Assembly: GCF_006345805.1 (NCBI RefSeq)
Contig: NC_043015.1
Location: 2,790,001-2,854,000 of the forward strand
DNA: 64,000 nt
From: Octopus sinensis
Lineage: Eukaryota
Direction of reading: 5' to 3'
The notes beneath the pieces were generated by a model. That model was not told where the DNA came from. It made no database searches and was given only the letters and a program-made list of their open reading frames with translations. The translations under genes and the position numbers were made by a program. This document shows positions 1-13,499 of this stretch, piece after piece; the stretch's first letter is position 1; every line of letters begins with the position of its first letter.

Positions 1-532
1 ATTTTCTTCAATTATCTATTCTTAAACGACAGATATCTAATGCAAGCAGTGAAGTACGTATAGGACTACAACAGGTTAGCACAAAATGGAATCTGTAGGT
101 GGACGAGCATTTTACAGTACTGTACGCTCTTAACAGAACACGTCTGGGAAGCAAAACTATGAGCATACAGTCATGCCCGTGCATATAAATGTATACAGGA
201 TAAATGTGTCTTGCTTTGGATGGACGTTTTATGTTATGTAGATTTCTTGTCAGAGATATTGCGCAAGGAATATCATATTACTTCCGAACTTACTCCATAC
301 ACAATGATATTACAATATCTATTTCAAGATTTGTTTTCGTAAAATTTCCGCTGTGTAAATTTTCCATTATTATTTATTTCTAGTAAATTGTCAAAAGAAA
401 CTATTATTTATTTGTGTTCAACAACCCGGGGGAGTGTAACAACACTGATTTTCAAAATATAATCAAGTTCTGTGGGTTGTATGTACCAATAGAGCTTGAA
501 CTATTTAAAGTCTATTCAAAACTTACTTATTA

Positions 533-693
533 CAGGAATGACTGTGTGGTAAGTAGCTTGTTTACCAACCACTTGGTTGCGGGTTCATTCTCACTGCGTG
601 GCAACTTGGGCAAGTGTCTTCTACTATAGCCGCGGGCCGACCAAAGCCTTGTGGGTGGATTTGGTAGACGGAAACTGGAAGGAGCCGGTCGTA

Positions 694-750
<57 letters not shown>

Positions 751-966
751 ATATGTTTGTGTGTTTGTGTTTGTCCCCCACCATTGCTTGACAACCGACG
801 GTGGTGTGTTTACGTCCTCGTGACTTAGCGGATCAGCATAAGTGGCCGATAGAATAAGTACTAGGCTTACAAAGAATAAGTTCTGGGGTCGATTTACTCG
901 ACTAAAAGGTGGTGCTCCAGCATGGCCGCAGTCAGCTGACTGAAACAAGTAAAAGAGTAAAAGAGA
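533..966 (+). mobile_element. tRNA-derived SINE, family A (cephalopod-type), full length with internal TA/TG microsatellite
   Basis: Pol III A-box-like TGTGTGGTAAG and B-box-like GGGTTCATTC at the 5' end, an internal microsatellite, and an AAAGAGT-type tail. Related copies occur at 16478-16845 (-), 37518-37672 and 39009-39400. Confidence 0.85.
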
Positions 967-1406
967 GAGTATTCAGAATCCGGAAAGTACAGAATGCCAT
1001 GTGTCTGCATTTCAGGTATCAAATACGTCGAATACCTAAACATGAAGTCTATAAATTGCTTAAATGTTAGTCAATATTCATTATCTGAGTACGTCCAGTG
1101 TCTTGCAATGTATTTAGAAAAAAATTCAATCAGCTTCTGTTGAAAGGAGGTATTTATCGTCTCTACATTCTCATTATAAATTGTTCATATACAAACAACA
1201 CCATGCCACCTCATTCAACATCACATGGAGATAAATGACAACGAAATCGGCTCTAAATATTATTTAATACCTGATCACTTCTAACATACGGAACAGCTGG
1301 GCGCTAGCTCTTCATTTACGTCATGAAAAAATAATATTTTTAATCTACTCCTATTCGTGGCATTTTCTCTTCACATTTTCTTTTGTTATTTTTCCATCAC
1401 AATCAG

Positions 1407-1448
1407 TTGATGATGCTATCGACATACCTCCTGAATATTTCAGATCCG
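1407..1448 (+). CDS. Candidate 42-nt phase 1-1 coding exon (xDDAIDIPPEYFRS), host gene unknown
   Basis: Pyrimidine-rich acceptor ending ...tttccatcacaatcag, donor G|gtgggt, open frame. No family recognised. Confidence 0.25.
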
Positions 1449-2040
1449 GTGGGTATCTTCGGATATTTGTTTTGCTAATATTCTTAAAAGAAATCCCAAT
1501 AAATATCGAAGGTGTCAACACGTTTGGCTTTTATGAGTATAGAAAGTGTTAAGGCTCGTATATTGGGAACGTTAGAAATTTTGACGCTTCACATCAAGCA
1601 AATATGATAAGCCATACAAAATCTCTATGGATTTTACAGAAACCTTAACGTTATTATATGCCAATATTTTGCAGTTTAAACCGCTGCTTCTTCGTCAATA
1701 CGAATTAATAAACATCCAGTTGCAATGGAATTTGAAGAGTCTTGAAAGAGCAAGCACGCACATTATGTTAACCAAGATTCTGAAGCGGTTAATATTTTTA
1801 AGCAATAATGAACGACTCGGTTTGTATAAAAACGAATTGGTTCAGCCAAAACATATTTGTAGACATGCTTTTTTGTTTTATTAATGCATGAAAGTAATTA
1901 ACGACCGTGGATAAAAAGTAGATATATCATATATATCATATATATATCATATAGATCATATATATATATATATATATTGTATCCATATCGTAGATGTATC
2001 GTATTCATAGCCATATTACATAGAACAAACATTGCTTCAT

Positions 2041-2160
2041 TTGTAGTAGTTGTTTTAGTAGTAGCAGCCCCAGCGGTAATAGTAGCATTAGTAGTAGCAG
2101 CAGCAGCGGTAATAGTAGTAGTAGTAGTAGTAGTAGTAAGTAGTAGTAGTAGTAGTAGTA
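2041..2160. repeat. (GTA/GCA)n trinucleotide microsatellite
   Basis: Seen directly in the sequence. Confidence 0.95.
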
Positions 2161-4158
2161 GGGCAGCCAACTTTTATCAAAAACTATAAGATCAAGTTAA
2201 CAGAACGAAAAAATAAGGTGACGCTTCTATAAATATATTTGGAATCCTTTATAAAAAGGCTCCATGAATCGGTAAGGCAATAAATATGTAAATCTTGCGT
2301 AGAGTTATCTATCTCCTATAATTTCCTTGGAAATTGAAGATGTGTTTTGAACTTCGCTATTGCGGAATTTAAGTTTATATCATAATAAATAATAGAGCTT
2401 AAACTCTCTACACGAAATGTGAGGAATGATTTGAAACAAGTCTCGCAAGGAAAATTTTTGAAACTGACAACAAACCAATGTTTTATATATTAGAGGGGAA
2501 GCAAAATTTGGTTTTCGCATATTTATCCAGACATTTTTAAATTCTGAAGAAGCGACAAGATGTGAATTTACTGAAATCAAACTCAACATCACAATAGCAA
2601 AAATTTTTTAATGTGAAATCTCATTATATAAAATCAACTTTGATATGGGTGTCGAAGCAGTCGAACTATACACTAGAAGAGTCACATGTATACATATGAT
2701 AACACACCAAAAGGATTGTAAGTGGGTACTATATTTAAACTAGATGTATATAAGTGTTTTGTCCAAATATTCATTTACAATATCGAGACGATAATTAATA
2801 AGTAATTACTCACTTTGACCCAAACAGCTAACAGATTTTCACTTTCAGTTACATTTCTAGACGTATCTAACACTGCTGGTACAGCCCGATCTTATTCAGT
2901 TGCCATACTTCACATCATTTCGATTATTTTTCACGAAAGAATACCTTTGTATATTTGCGTAAATTATTTTATCGCATCGCTTCAAACTGACGAAGATATT
3001 TGAGATTTGTATTTGAACAGCAACGATTGGATATGTGTAAAATCTTCACAGATCCTATATCTTAAAACTTTCGAATATTAAATTTACTTGAATCATATAT
3101 TATTCAACCGTGAGATAGTATACTATTATCTAAGATCCTTGTATGATATATGTGGATATATTCTCTGTGCAAGATTAACTGTTGAATATCAGCTTGGGGT
3201 AGAAGTTATTTATATTTTACCGCATTTAAACGCATTACACGTTATATTATATTGCTCGAACATTTCTCACTTGCAGTGAATATAGATTTATAATGAAATA
3301 AAGTAAACTTAGCTATGAGATTATTTTATGTCATATTGTGTAGATGCGGTCTAAAGTTCTCGGATTTATAAATACACACACATACACACACACAAATATA
3401 TATATATATATCTGCGTGAGTATATGTGTGTTTGTGTGTGTGTGTGTGTACGTGTAAATGTTTAGACAGGCAGAGAAAGTCAGATGAAGATATATTAAAG
3501 TGATTCGATTATCTAGGTTGCTGTTAGCTATATCTGACCAACCTTCGTAATCACACATAAATGCAAATTTGAGATAGACGTCTATAAAATGTGAATATAA
3601 AATAATGCTTTTGTAATTTTTGTTTGACTAAAATTCAATTTGTTTCAATATTGTATAATAGCGAATTATTTTCAGTTAAACGTTAAAAAAATTACTTAAA
3701 TAATTTATACCATGATGCCTAAAGCAATAACAATATATCAAGAGTAGAAATATACAAAAAATAAATGAAATCACTATAGAGGACATTTCCCTTAGTAATA
3801 CAGTAATTATACTATTGTCTGCTCTTTAAATACTAAAATTTCAGTGATGCGTAGATTTCCTATTTGAATGGAAATGGAACAATGTTGCATAAAATAAAGC
3901 AAGGCATAAAAAATAACTCTTTCACTAATTGCTTTCACAAATTTTTTTAAGTAACGTTCATGATCGTTCTAATAGATATATTAAGTTTGAGTTGTTAAGT
4001 CATATACATTGATATAGATCACGATATCACAAGCATAAATAACAATATAATGTTTATATATATATATGTATATATAGAGAAAGAGACATAGGGAGACAGA
4101 GACAGAGAGAGACAGAGATATAGATATAGATAGATAGATAGATAGAATACGCATAATA

Positions 4159-4197
<39 letters not shown>

Positions 4198-4263
4198 ATA
4201 TATATATATATATATATACATATATACATAACTATATAGATATATATACATGTACACACACAC

Positions 4264-4298
<35 letters not shown>

Positions 4299-5329
4299 GT
4301 ATAAACACACACACACACAATATATATATATATATATATAATATATATATATATGTATAAACACACAAACACACTCCCACAGACAAACGCAAACACACAC
4401 ATATATTTTTACTCATAGAGTGTTATGTAAAATTAAATGTATTTGTTAACGTCAATTTGCGTTCTTCATTACAGTTCTTGTGTTAGCTTTACTGTAATTT
4501 TTGTTTCTTTTAATCGACTAACAATCACTTTATTCACCTCATCCCATCAATTTGTTTTAAACAAAAGTGCACCTATGCTTGAATGCAAACATTTATCAAT
4601 AAAACAATTAAATGCGATGAAATTATTTTTACAAACATGGAGATATGCTGTGAACAATAAGTTAAACACAATTATCTCTGTTATAGATAATGAACAAAAT
4701 AATTAAACACAATAACAAATGGGAGATGCATAAACAACTTAATAGCATTACAATTATTGATATTGTTTTATAACTATATTTGTTTAGCTTTTGTTTCTTA
4801 AGTATCTATTAGTATTTATTTACAAAAAACACATATATATATTTATTGCTATTTCATTTCCTTGCATAATGGTCTAGATTTATATTTGCACGACGGCGTT
4901 TTGCACTGGCTTCATAATATCCATTAAACAATTAAGAAATCTCTGATTTAGTACAGTTTTATCTATGGTATATAGTAAATTTTGAATAATAGCGTCGTTT
5001 ATTTCATATATGTCCATTATGGCTATTAATGCATTAAGTTATTTCCGGCTAAAATGCAATACTGATGCTAAATAAGCCCCAGAAGTGTTGTAGTGAAGTA
5101 CAATATTAGTTACTCTGTTCGATACTCATTTTACATTGTTTATAGGAAACATCTGATACATGGCTTGCTTCTCACTTTATCTATCTTGCATCAAAGTTTT
5201 GGGGGACTGCGATCCTCATTTTATTTATGCACGTGATGACTTGTTTGAAATCATCTGATCATCAAACTCGTGTCCATGAAATATGGAGGAGACACGCCTT
5301 ATCAAATCCTATTTATATTAAATGTAATA

Positions 5330-5630
5330 TTCTTCGATAGTATGCTCCAGATGTCACAAGAATATAACGCACGGTAATTGATAATTGGAAGAATGCTATT
5401 TAATATACAGGAAAGCGCTTTAAGCAACTTCCTTCCAAGCTCCTCAGTCATATCATCCTCTGTAAAATGTTCTCTGAACATGACCTTCACCCAACTGCGA
5501 ATGATTTCAACGGGCTGCCGTGTATTAAAAATACACATATGCAGGCAATAGCAAAATGTAATTATTAAAGTTTAATGCTTCGCTCTTATTTTCTTCCTTT
5601 CTGCGGCAGTGAACTGACCTCTATTTCATC
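5330..5630 (-). mobile_element. Highly decayed Tc1/mariner-superfamily transposase N-terminal relic
   Basis: Minus translation RGQFTAAERKKI...FNTRQPVEIIRSWVKVMFREHFTEDD...LGRK resembles the N-terminal HTH region of Tc1/maT-type transposases. It is broken by a stop and no DDE motif was seen. Confidence 0.35.
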
Positions 5631-5789
5631 ATTTTTGTGAAGATCTCTTGGATTAGATTTTTGGTAAGGGAAAATGCATGGATTTTAGCATGAAAATCAC
5701 TCTTCTAGTAAACGTTATCTATTTAATTTGTATTAAAGTACAGCATATATACATGCATAGATCTGCAATATGTGTATATTATATATATA

Positions 5790-5821
<32 letters not shown>

Positions 5822-5827
<6 letters not shown>

Positions 5828-5864
5828 GTACACGCACACACGCACATACACACACATACACACA

Positions 5865-5921
<57 letters not shown>

Positions 5922-6007
5922 GTATACATATGCATACCTTTATATAATATATATATATATATATATACACGTACACGCACACACGCACATACACACACAT
6001 ACACACA

Positions 6008-6066
<59 letters not shown>

Positions 6067-6091
6067 GTATACATATGCATACCTTTATATA
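5822..6091. repeat. Tandem duplication (~144 bp x2) of a compound CA/TA microsatellite block
   Basis: The units tacacgtacacgcac...catacctttatata at about 5823-5946 and 5966-6091 are nearly identical. Confidence 0.9.
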
Positions 6092-6095
6092 TATA

Positions 6096-6127
<32 letters not shown>

Positions 6128-7231
6128 GAGTGTGTGTCTGTATTCAGATGCACGTAGACATGTCATTCATCTACGGGTTAGTTGTATAAAATGCCTGTAA
6201 ACTATATTTCCAGCGTACTTCACATACATGTAGTATTAGTGCGAGATATATACTTCATGAGCTACATCTGTACGAACTCTATAAAGCATAACGTCTAAAG
6301 GGATATTTATTTCGCTTACATATATTATTTTACATGCATATAATAAAAATTAAAAAAAACGGCGTGGATGTTTTTGCATTTGTATGAGCGTTTATGTGTG
6401 CATATGTCGTAGTGTTGTGAATGTTGGTGAATGGTGTATATGTATGTGTTTATTTATTACCGTCAGTAAACATTATAGAATCTTTCGAATGGAAGTTTAA
6501 GTGTTTTTCTTTTTTTTTTTTTGGTATCATATTTCTGGAAGCAGACATTACAAACCTACTTACAACCTACGCACGCGAGCATTCACGCACGATCACAAGT
6601 ATAATAAAAAATATTTTGTATATATCTCTGTGTGCGATTGGTGCTTGTATGCACATGTCTGTGAAGGCGTTCATGATATTTGTAAAAATAAATAGCAGCT
6701 GATTTGCTTCTTGCGTAACCTACTTATGTCACATTGCAGACCATAAGAATGCGGAAGAAGAAGAAATGAAATATAAGGTACAACTTAATTTTTTCATGCG
6801 TTTCAGGAAGAAAAGTAAAAAAAAAATAATAAATAAAACATCTATTAAAAACCTTGAGACACTGAATACAAAAAATACTCGCAATGTATTAATTTTGAGG
6901 CGACAATCAATCAGTCTGAAATAATTGCACGGAGATGGAAAATATCCTGTTTCCTAGTGAAAAGGAATATCGTGGAATATTTGAAAATAATTCTGTTGTT
7001 TTAAATGATGGTAGTATTTCATGAGAAATATTACGCTCTTTTTTAATATATGTCTGGATTGCGTTTCTCTATTCTCTTGTCGTTTTAGTTGATTTATATG
7101 TTTATATGCGCTTGTTTGCGTTTCAATTTATGTGTGTTGGTCAAGATCTCGAAGAGAAGCTCGTCGCACGTACAGCATATTGGATTACTTTCACCCAACA
7201 CTTACTTCTTTCACGTAACTAACATCCATAA

Positions 7232-7232
7232 A

Positions 7233-7273
<41 letters not shown>

Positions 7274-7304
7274 GACCACGACTACTACTACTACTACAAC
7301 AACA

Positions 7305-7348
<44 letters not shown>

Positions 7349-7362
7349 CACTACTATTACTA
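7232..7362. repeat. (CTA/ACA)n microsatellite
   Basis: Seen directly; it produces the poly-T and poly-V ORFs. Confidence 0.95.
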
Positions 7363-9213
7363 TGCGATTAGTGCTAACCGCTAGTATTACTGATGCGAAG
7401 AGCAATTTATGCACGTTTCGATACTAGTTCTGCAATTTTAATTGTTGAGGTAACTAGATACAATCGATGCCAATAAATGATCGTTTTCATGATAGTGGTA
7501 ACGATAGAGATGATAATGATATTGATGGCGATGTTGAACGTGGCGACGAATATGATAAATTATTTTATAAAGCTACTATTGGTACTTTTTACAGTAATGG
7601 CAACATGTATTGTACATTGACTAGAGCAACGTAGAAGTGGAGCGGATAAAAAAGAAAAATTACCTGACGTTAAGACCTGCTGCAATCACTATTGATAACA
7701 ATCAGATAAACAACTGGATCCCTTTTTTTGATTGAGTATTACACAAAAGAAATGTAGATAGATTTATTTAAGCTGCAAATAAGAACGTATATGAATCTGT
7801 CGGGTTGTAAGAAATAATCATTGCATGGCATTTGGGACGAATGCAATTATACATAGTCTTGAATTAACGCATACCCTTTGAGGCAAGTGCGTATGGAATT
7901 GTGACTTGCTTCTCCACGTATCAAAATATTCGCTTAATTCCACAATGGTTGCATGGTTTATTCAAATTTGTGAGAGATCAATTTACATATGATTGGTGGA
8001 TGTCACGTATGTCCAGATTCTTTTGAGTTGTTCTCTTCCATCAGAGTTACACATGTGATTTCTACATATGCATGCTGATATTATATGTACACAGACGCAC
8101 ACACACACAACCGCACGCACGCGAAAACACAAACACGCACACACGAATGAGTACGTATATCAAATTTGGAAGGAGGAAAATGTAACTGATTTTTTTAGTA
8201 TTCATTACGATTGTTTTGACCCATCTATAGTAGTGAATAGCAATGTGTCTCAATCCTATTTTCTTTATATTTTATTCTATAAGCGCTACGGACACGATGG
8301 AATTTCTGTCGTAAATCCATTGGCACACCCCCTAATAATGTTGTTGACATCAGATAGCTGAATACTGCGAACCGACTTTAAGTAGCATACATCCAGGTGT
8401 CTACCCGAATGGAAAATTATTATTACTCATGAAAAAACAATGTCTACATTTATCGTACTTTTAATGAATACCTGGAAAATCGATTTCGCATAATACGCTC
8501 AAAATAAAATTTCAGAGAAATGAAAAAATAAAATTATGTATATCATTTCAATTTCCCTTTATTGGTTAATGAAATATAATAAAGACAATTTGTACACTGA
8601 GAATGTTTCAGTGTAAGAGAAAACAATATCTCGATGAACGTACATAGAAAACAGGAAGACAGAGATTACACTCGTTATACACATACAGATGAATATAGTT
8701 TTACAAATATAGATGCACAACAATTTAGACTCTCATACATTCGCACCCAGAGATGTAAATATGCAGTAAGTATTTGTCAGAAGAATGATTGATGCGTCTG
8801 AGTACATATATTATTTATTAAAATCTGCGAGACGTTATTATTCCAGATAATCTTGAATGAATATAATTGGAGAGAAATGTTAGTTACCAGACAAAAATAC
8901 TCTTTCCATCAGCAGAAATAATTTTATAGACATAAAATACGTTATCAACCAAAATAATACAGTAAATATATTTCAGTTGGTATATTTCGATCATCCTCTA
9001 CTCTAACCGCTACAGTATAAGTGTATTATAATTTTTCATGAAAGTATTGCCTTACAATATATAAAACAATTTATACACTGAGAAATAAATCGACCTCAAA
9101 CGTACACATTCATCAGGCTTTACGCAACCTGAAATTCAATGATCTGAGAACTACATTCGTGCTACAGTTGTTTAATAAACTCAAATGTTTATACACACAT
9201 ACAAACACTCACA

Positions 9214-9254
<41 letters not shown>

Positions 9255-9419
9255 GTATATATATATATATATAAACTACAGGGTGGCCGATTTTCCCTGC
9301 AGGATGTCCAATCATAAGCAGTGAGACAGTACCCGGAACAACGTCTTTTTATTTCTTGCTATATATATATGTGTGTGTGCGTGGGTGTGTCTGTGTGTGT
9401 GCGCGCGCGTGTATGTATT

Positions 9420-9503
<84 letters not shown>

Positions 9504-9760
9504 GAGAGAGAGAGCAATAAGAAATTGAAAGGGATTAATAAGTGGTTCATCAACATTGTATTATATCAACATATGTATTTACTAAAATGGCAATTACAAG
9601 AATATAAATACATGTATAACATATTATGCTTACATACAAAATATATTAAATAATTGCGTACTCGTCCAGCTGGAGATTCGATAGATAGTATCCCTTTGTT
9701 GGTTGGATTCACAACCTCTAACTTTCTTTGAATATATATATATATATATTATATATATAT

Positions 9761-9839
<79 letters not shown>

Positions 9840-9919
9840 TATATGTATATTTAGATATATATGGATAGATAAAACTTACAGTTCTATATTTAAGAAATGA
9901 GGAGTTATGCTCATTATTA

Positions 9920-10055
9920 CTTTATTCACATTTGATGGAGATGTGTCCGCATCTTCTTTGTTGTTAACAGAACGCTTCGGCTGATATACCCTGCAGCCAT
10001 CATCATGTGTATGAGGGGAATATCGAACCCGGGTTCTCGTTTCTAAGGTATTTTT
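9920..10055 (-). mobile_element. Solo PLE-type terminal-repeat relic with degenerate hammerhead motif
   Basis: Minus strand reads ACAC-aTGATGA-T-GGCTG(loop)CAGCC-GAAg-CG-TT-cTGT. Stem II is a perfect 5 bp; there are two core mismatches. Confidence 0.45.
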
Positions 10056-10106
10056 CGATGTCATTGTTATTATTATTATTATTATCATCATCATCATCAT
10101 CATTAC

Positions 10107-10163
<57 letters not shown>

Positions 10164-10284
10164 AGTCAATGCCTGGAATCGAACTCAGAATCTTGGTGTT
10201 AGTAATACAAAAATGTATCTTGCATGGTGCGGTAAATATTCTGCCTGCTAGCCCCCATTAAATATTCTAATGTTTCGAATTTGG

Positions 10285-10700
10285 AACAAAGCCTGTAATT
10301 TCGGTGGAGGGATAAATAATTTACCTGGTCTACAGTGCTCAGCAGTTACCTATGTTGCTTTTAATACTAACGGATAAAAGGCAAAGTCGACTAGGACGGA
10401 ATCTGAAAGCAGAACATAAAGACGGTGGTATACGCAGCTAAGAATTTTGGCCAACGTGCTCATGATTCTACCTGCCGTTAAATGTTTATTTCAAATGTTG
10501 GCACACGACCAGTATTTACTGAGAGGTGCGTAATCGGTTTCAACATTGCCAGTGCTCAACTGTTACATATTCTATCGACTCCGAAATTATCAAAGTCATT
10601 GTCGACCACGGTAGAATTTGAAATCACAAGGTGCAGACGAACGAACTGCCGTTAAGCATTTTGTCCGGCGTGCTAACGATTCTGCCAGCTATCCGCCTTA
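10285..10700 (-). mobile_element. Two degraded copies of SINE family B
   Basis: Reverse-complement similarity to 12914-13499 (aaaggcaaagtcgac, gtcgaccacggtagaatttgaa, gctaacgattctgccagct). Confidence 0.7.
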
Positions 10701-11559
10701 TAAGTATTCTAATATTAAAGCCAAATCTAATTTTACATATAAATTATTTATCATGCCAGTTACTGAATGCTGCGGACCATTTGTCTAGAGTAACAACTCA
10801 TCAATAGTCACGCTTAAATGCTAGGCAGATTTCATGAAAACTAAAGTGTACATTGTATAACGTAGTCGTAAATATACCCTGTAGAGCAGGCTGAATCTAC
10901 TCAAAGTCTACTCTGAGTACTGTATTTTATAAAACACCTTTCCGATTAACGCGATTTCATTACATGAAGTAGAAATTCAACATCTGAAAAGTCAGAGCGA
11001 AAAACATAATTAAAGTTATTCTGGAATTCCTTCCGAGATTCTCTCCATTTGTCCAGTCCATCTCTAATTATGAATACGGTGTAATATCTTTTATAAAGGA
11101 AGACTATTCACATGAAAGAAGTTTAGTACTTAAATGTGAAACTATTTTATCGGTATTATGAAAGTCAAATATGTCCAATCTTTGCAAGTTTAGAACACAT
11201 ATCGTAAAAGTGATTTTAGTAAGTACGGTAATAATCTCCCCAGTCCCGGTTTCATGATTTTGCCATATGCAAGAGTTTAAAACTATGTGAATGTTATTAG
11301 TATAGGCAATAATAATATTCAGAAGATCATATACAAAAGATGAAAAATAAATACATTAAGAAAATATGAATATATCGGAAAGCAAAATAAGAAAAAAAAT
11401 ATCTACAAGAGGTAAATTGAAAATAGATAATGAATAGATTAATATTGCTTCAAATTCAGCAAAATATCCTCTAGAATAAAATAACTGCAGGATTCTATTT
11501 CCCCCATTTTCATTGATAGCAATATCACTCATATCATTAACAGATGAGAATTTGTTCTT

Positions 11560-11711
11560 GTTGTTTTCGTTATCATCACCATCATAGTCGTCGTCGTAGT
11601 CGCCGTTGATAGTAATGGCATTAGTAATATTGTAGTTATTAATACTGTTGTTCCTATCAATGTTATTATTATTATTATTATCGTCATCATCATCATCATC
11701 ATCATAATTAC

Positions 11712-11743
<32 letters not shown>

Positions 11744-11923
11744 TATTATTATTATTATTGTCACCATTATTATTATCATTATTATTATTATTATTATCAT
11801 TATTATTATTATTATTATTATTACTATTATTATTATTATTATTATCATTATTATTATTTTCATTATTATTATTATTATTATTATTACTATTATTATTAGT
11901 ATTATCATCATTGTTATTATTAA

Positions 11924-11994
<71 letters not shown>

Positions 11995-11995
11995 G
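11560..11995. repeat. (ATT/ATC)n low-complexity tract
   Basis: Seen directly in the sequence. Confidence 0.95.
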
Positions 11996-12913
11996 GCTGT
12001 ACAATAAGAAGTAAAGCAAAATTCAACTAGAAAGGATAACACCTTATGATGAAGATGATGTTAATGATAATAAAATAAATAAGGACAGTAATACTTTTTA
12101 TGATTAGAGAAAATCTTTTGTGAGAACAATTTTGATAAGAATAAATTGCTCCAAAACAAACTTAATCATATTTATCGCATTTCAATTTTATGATACAGTC
12201 TTTAATAAAATCACTTTTGGTGATGGAGAAATATTGCCGTTGAGTACACCAAGAATGTATCCGTTTCCCCATTATAATATCTCCCTACAAAGCACACGTA
12301 TACACATTTTGTGACCACACACACCTCCGTAGATAAAACCATTTATATGTATCTAAGATTATATGTATTTCATCTCTTCTTACGCTCTATATCTCATACT
12401 GCATCTTCATATATACAAAAACAAACAAAGACATATGGGTGTGTATGTGTATGAATGTATGCGTGTATAGATAGACTGATAGATAAGCATATAGATAGAT
12501 TGACACATACATACACGTTAACATATGTGTTTCTACGTATGCTTTTGTGTATACTAATTTGAAGTATATGAAACCATAATTGTCTTCGAGATATGTTTAT
12601 ATTTATAAATATGAAGCGGGCATTTGAAAGGCTGAAAACCATTTTCTCATGTCTTCTTATACATTTCGCTTTCCATCGACATGCTTAATTTCACACTCTT
12701 TGTTGAAAAATACATCAAACATCAATACGTAGATTACAGAGTCTAAGTATAATTAATGTAATTCTCAACAACCATTAAAAGTAAAATACACATCAGTGTA
12801 CAACAATTCAATATTGTTCTCCCTGCTTTCTGTTTTCGCTTACACGCGGAAACATACTTCAAAACACTCAAAACGGACCACGCTTATTTCAAGATATGAC
12901 AGAGAGATTAGAA

Positions 12914-13499
12914 GGCGGCGAGCTGGCAAAAACGTTAACACGCCGGGCGAAATGCTTAGCGGTATATGGTCTGACACTACATTCTGAGTTCAAATTCCGC
13001 CGAGTTTGACTTTGCCTGTCATCATTCCGGGGTCGATTAAATAAGTACCAGTTACGCACTGGGGTCGACATATTCCACTTACTCCGTTTGTCTGTCCTTG
13101 TTTGTCCCCTCTGTGTTTAGCCCTTTGTGAGTAATAAAGAAACAGGTACTTCGTCTGTCGTCACGTTCTGAGTTTAAGTTCCGCCGCGGTCGACTTTGCC
13201 TTTCATCCTTTCGGGGTCGATTATTTAAGTACCAGTTACGCACTGGGGTCGATATAATCGACTTAATCCGTCTGTTTGTCCTTGTTTGTCCTATCTGTGT
13301 TTAGCCCCTTGTGCGTAGTAAAGAAATAGGTTTATCTTCTGTCTTTATGTCCTGAGTTCAAATACTACCGAGGTTGACTTAGCCTTTCATCCTATCAGGG
13401 GCCGATAAATTAAGTGCCAATTGGGCACTGGGAGGTCAATCTGATGGACTGGGCCCCTCTCCCAAAATTTCGTGCCTCGTGCCTAGAGTAGAGACGATT
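12914..13499 (+). mobile_element. tRNA-derived SINE family B with triplicated ~185-bp core
   Basis: Head GGCGGCGAGCTGGCAAAAACGTTAAC, B-box GAGTTCAAATTCC. The core (ttctgagttcaaa...gggtcga) repeats at about 12982, 13166 and 13350. Confidence 0.85.

Noticed and set aside
533-620. SINE heads as tRNA genes (also 12914, 43900-43960, 53317)
   Set aside because: Only A/B-box remnants are present, there is no full cloverleaf, and each continues into a SINE body.
12982-13499. Repeated cores (and other short repeat clusters) as a CRISPR array
   Set aside because: The units are ~185-bp SINE cores without unique spacers, there are no cas genes, and the context is eukaryotic.
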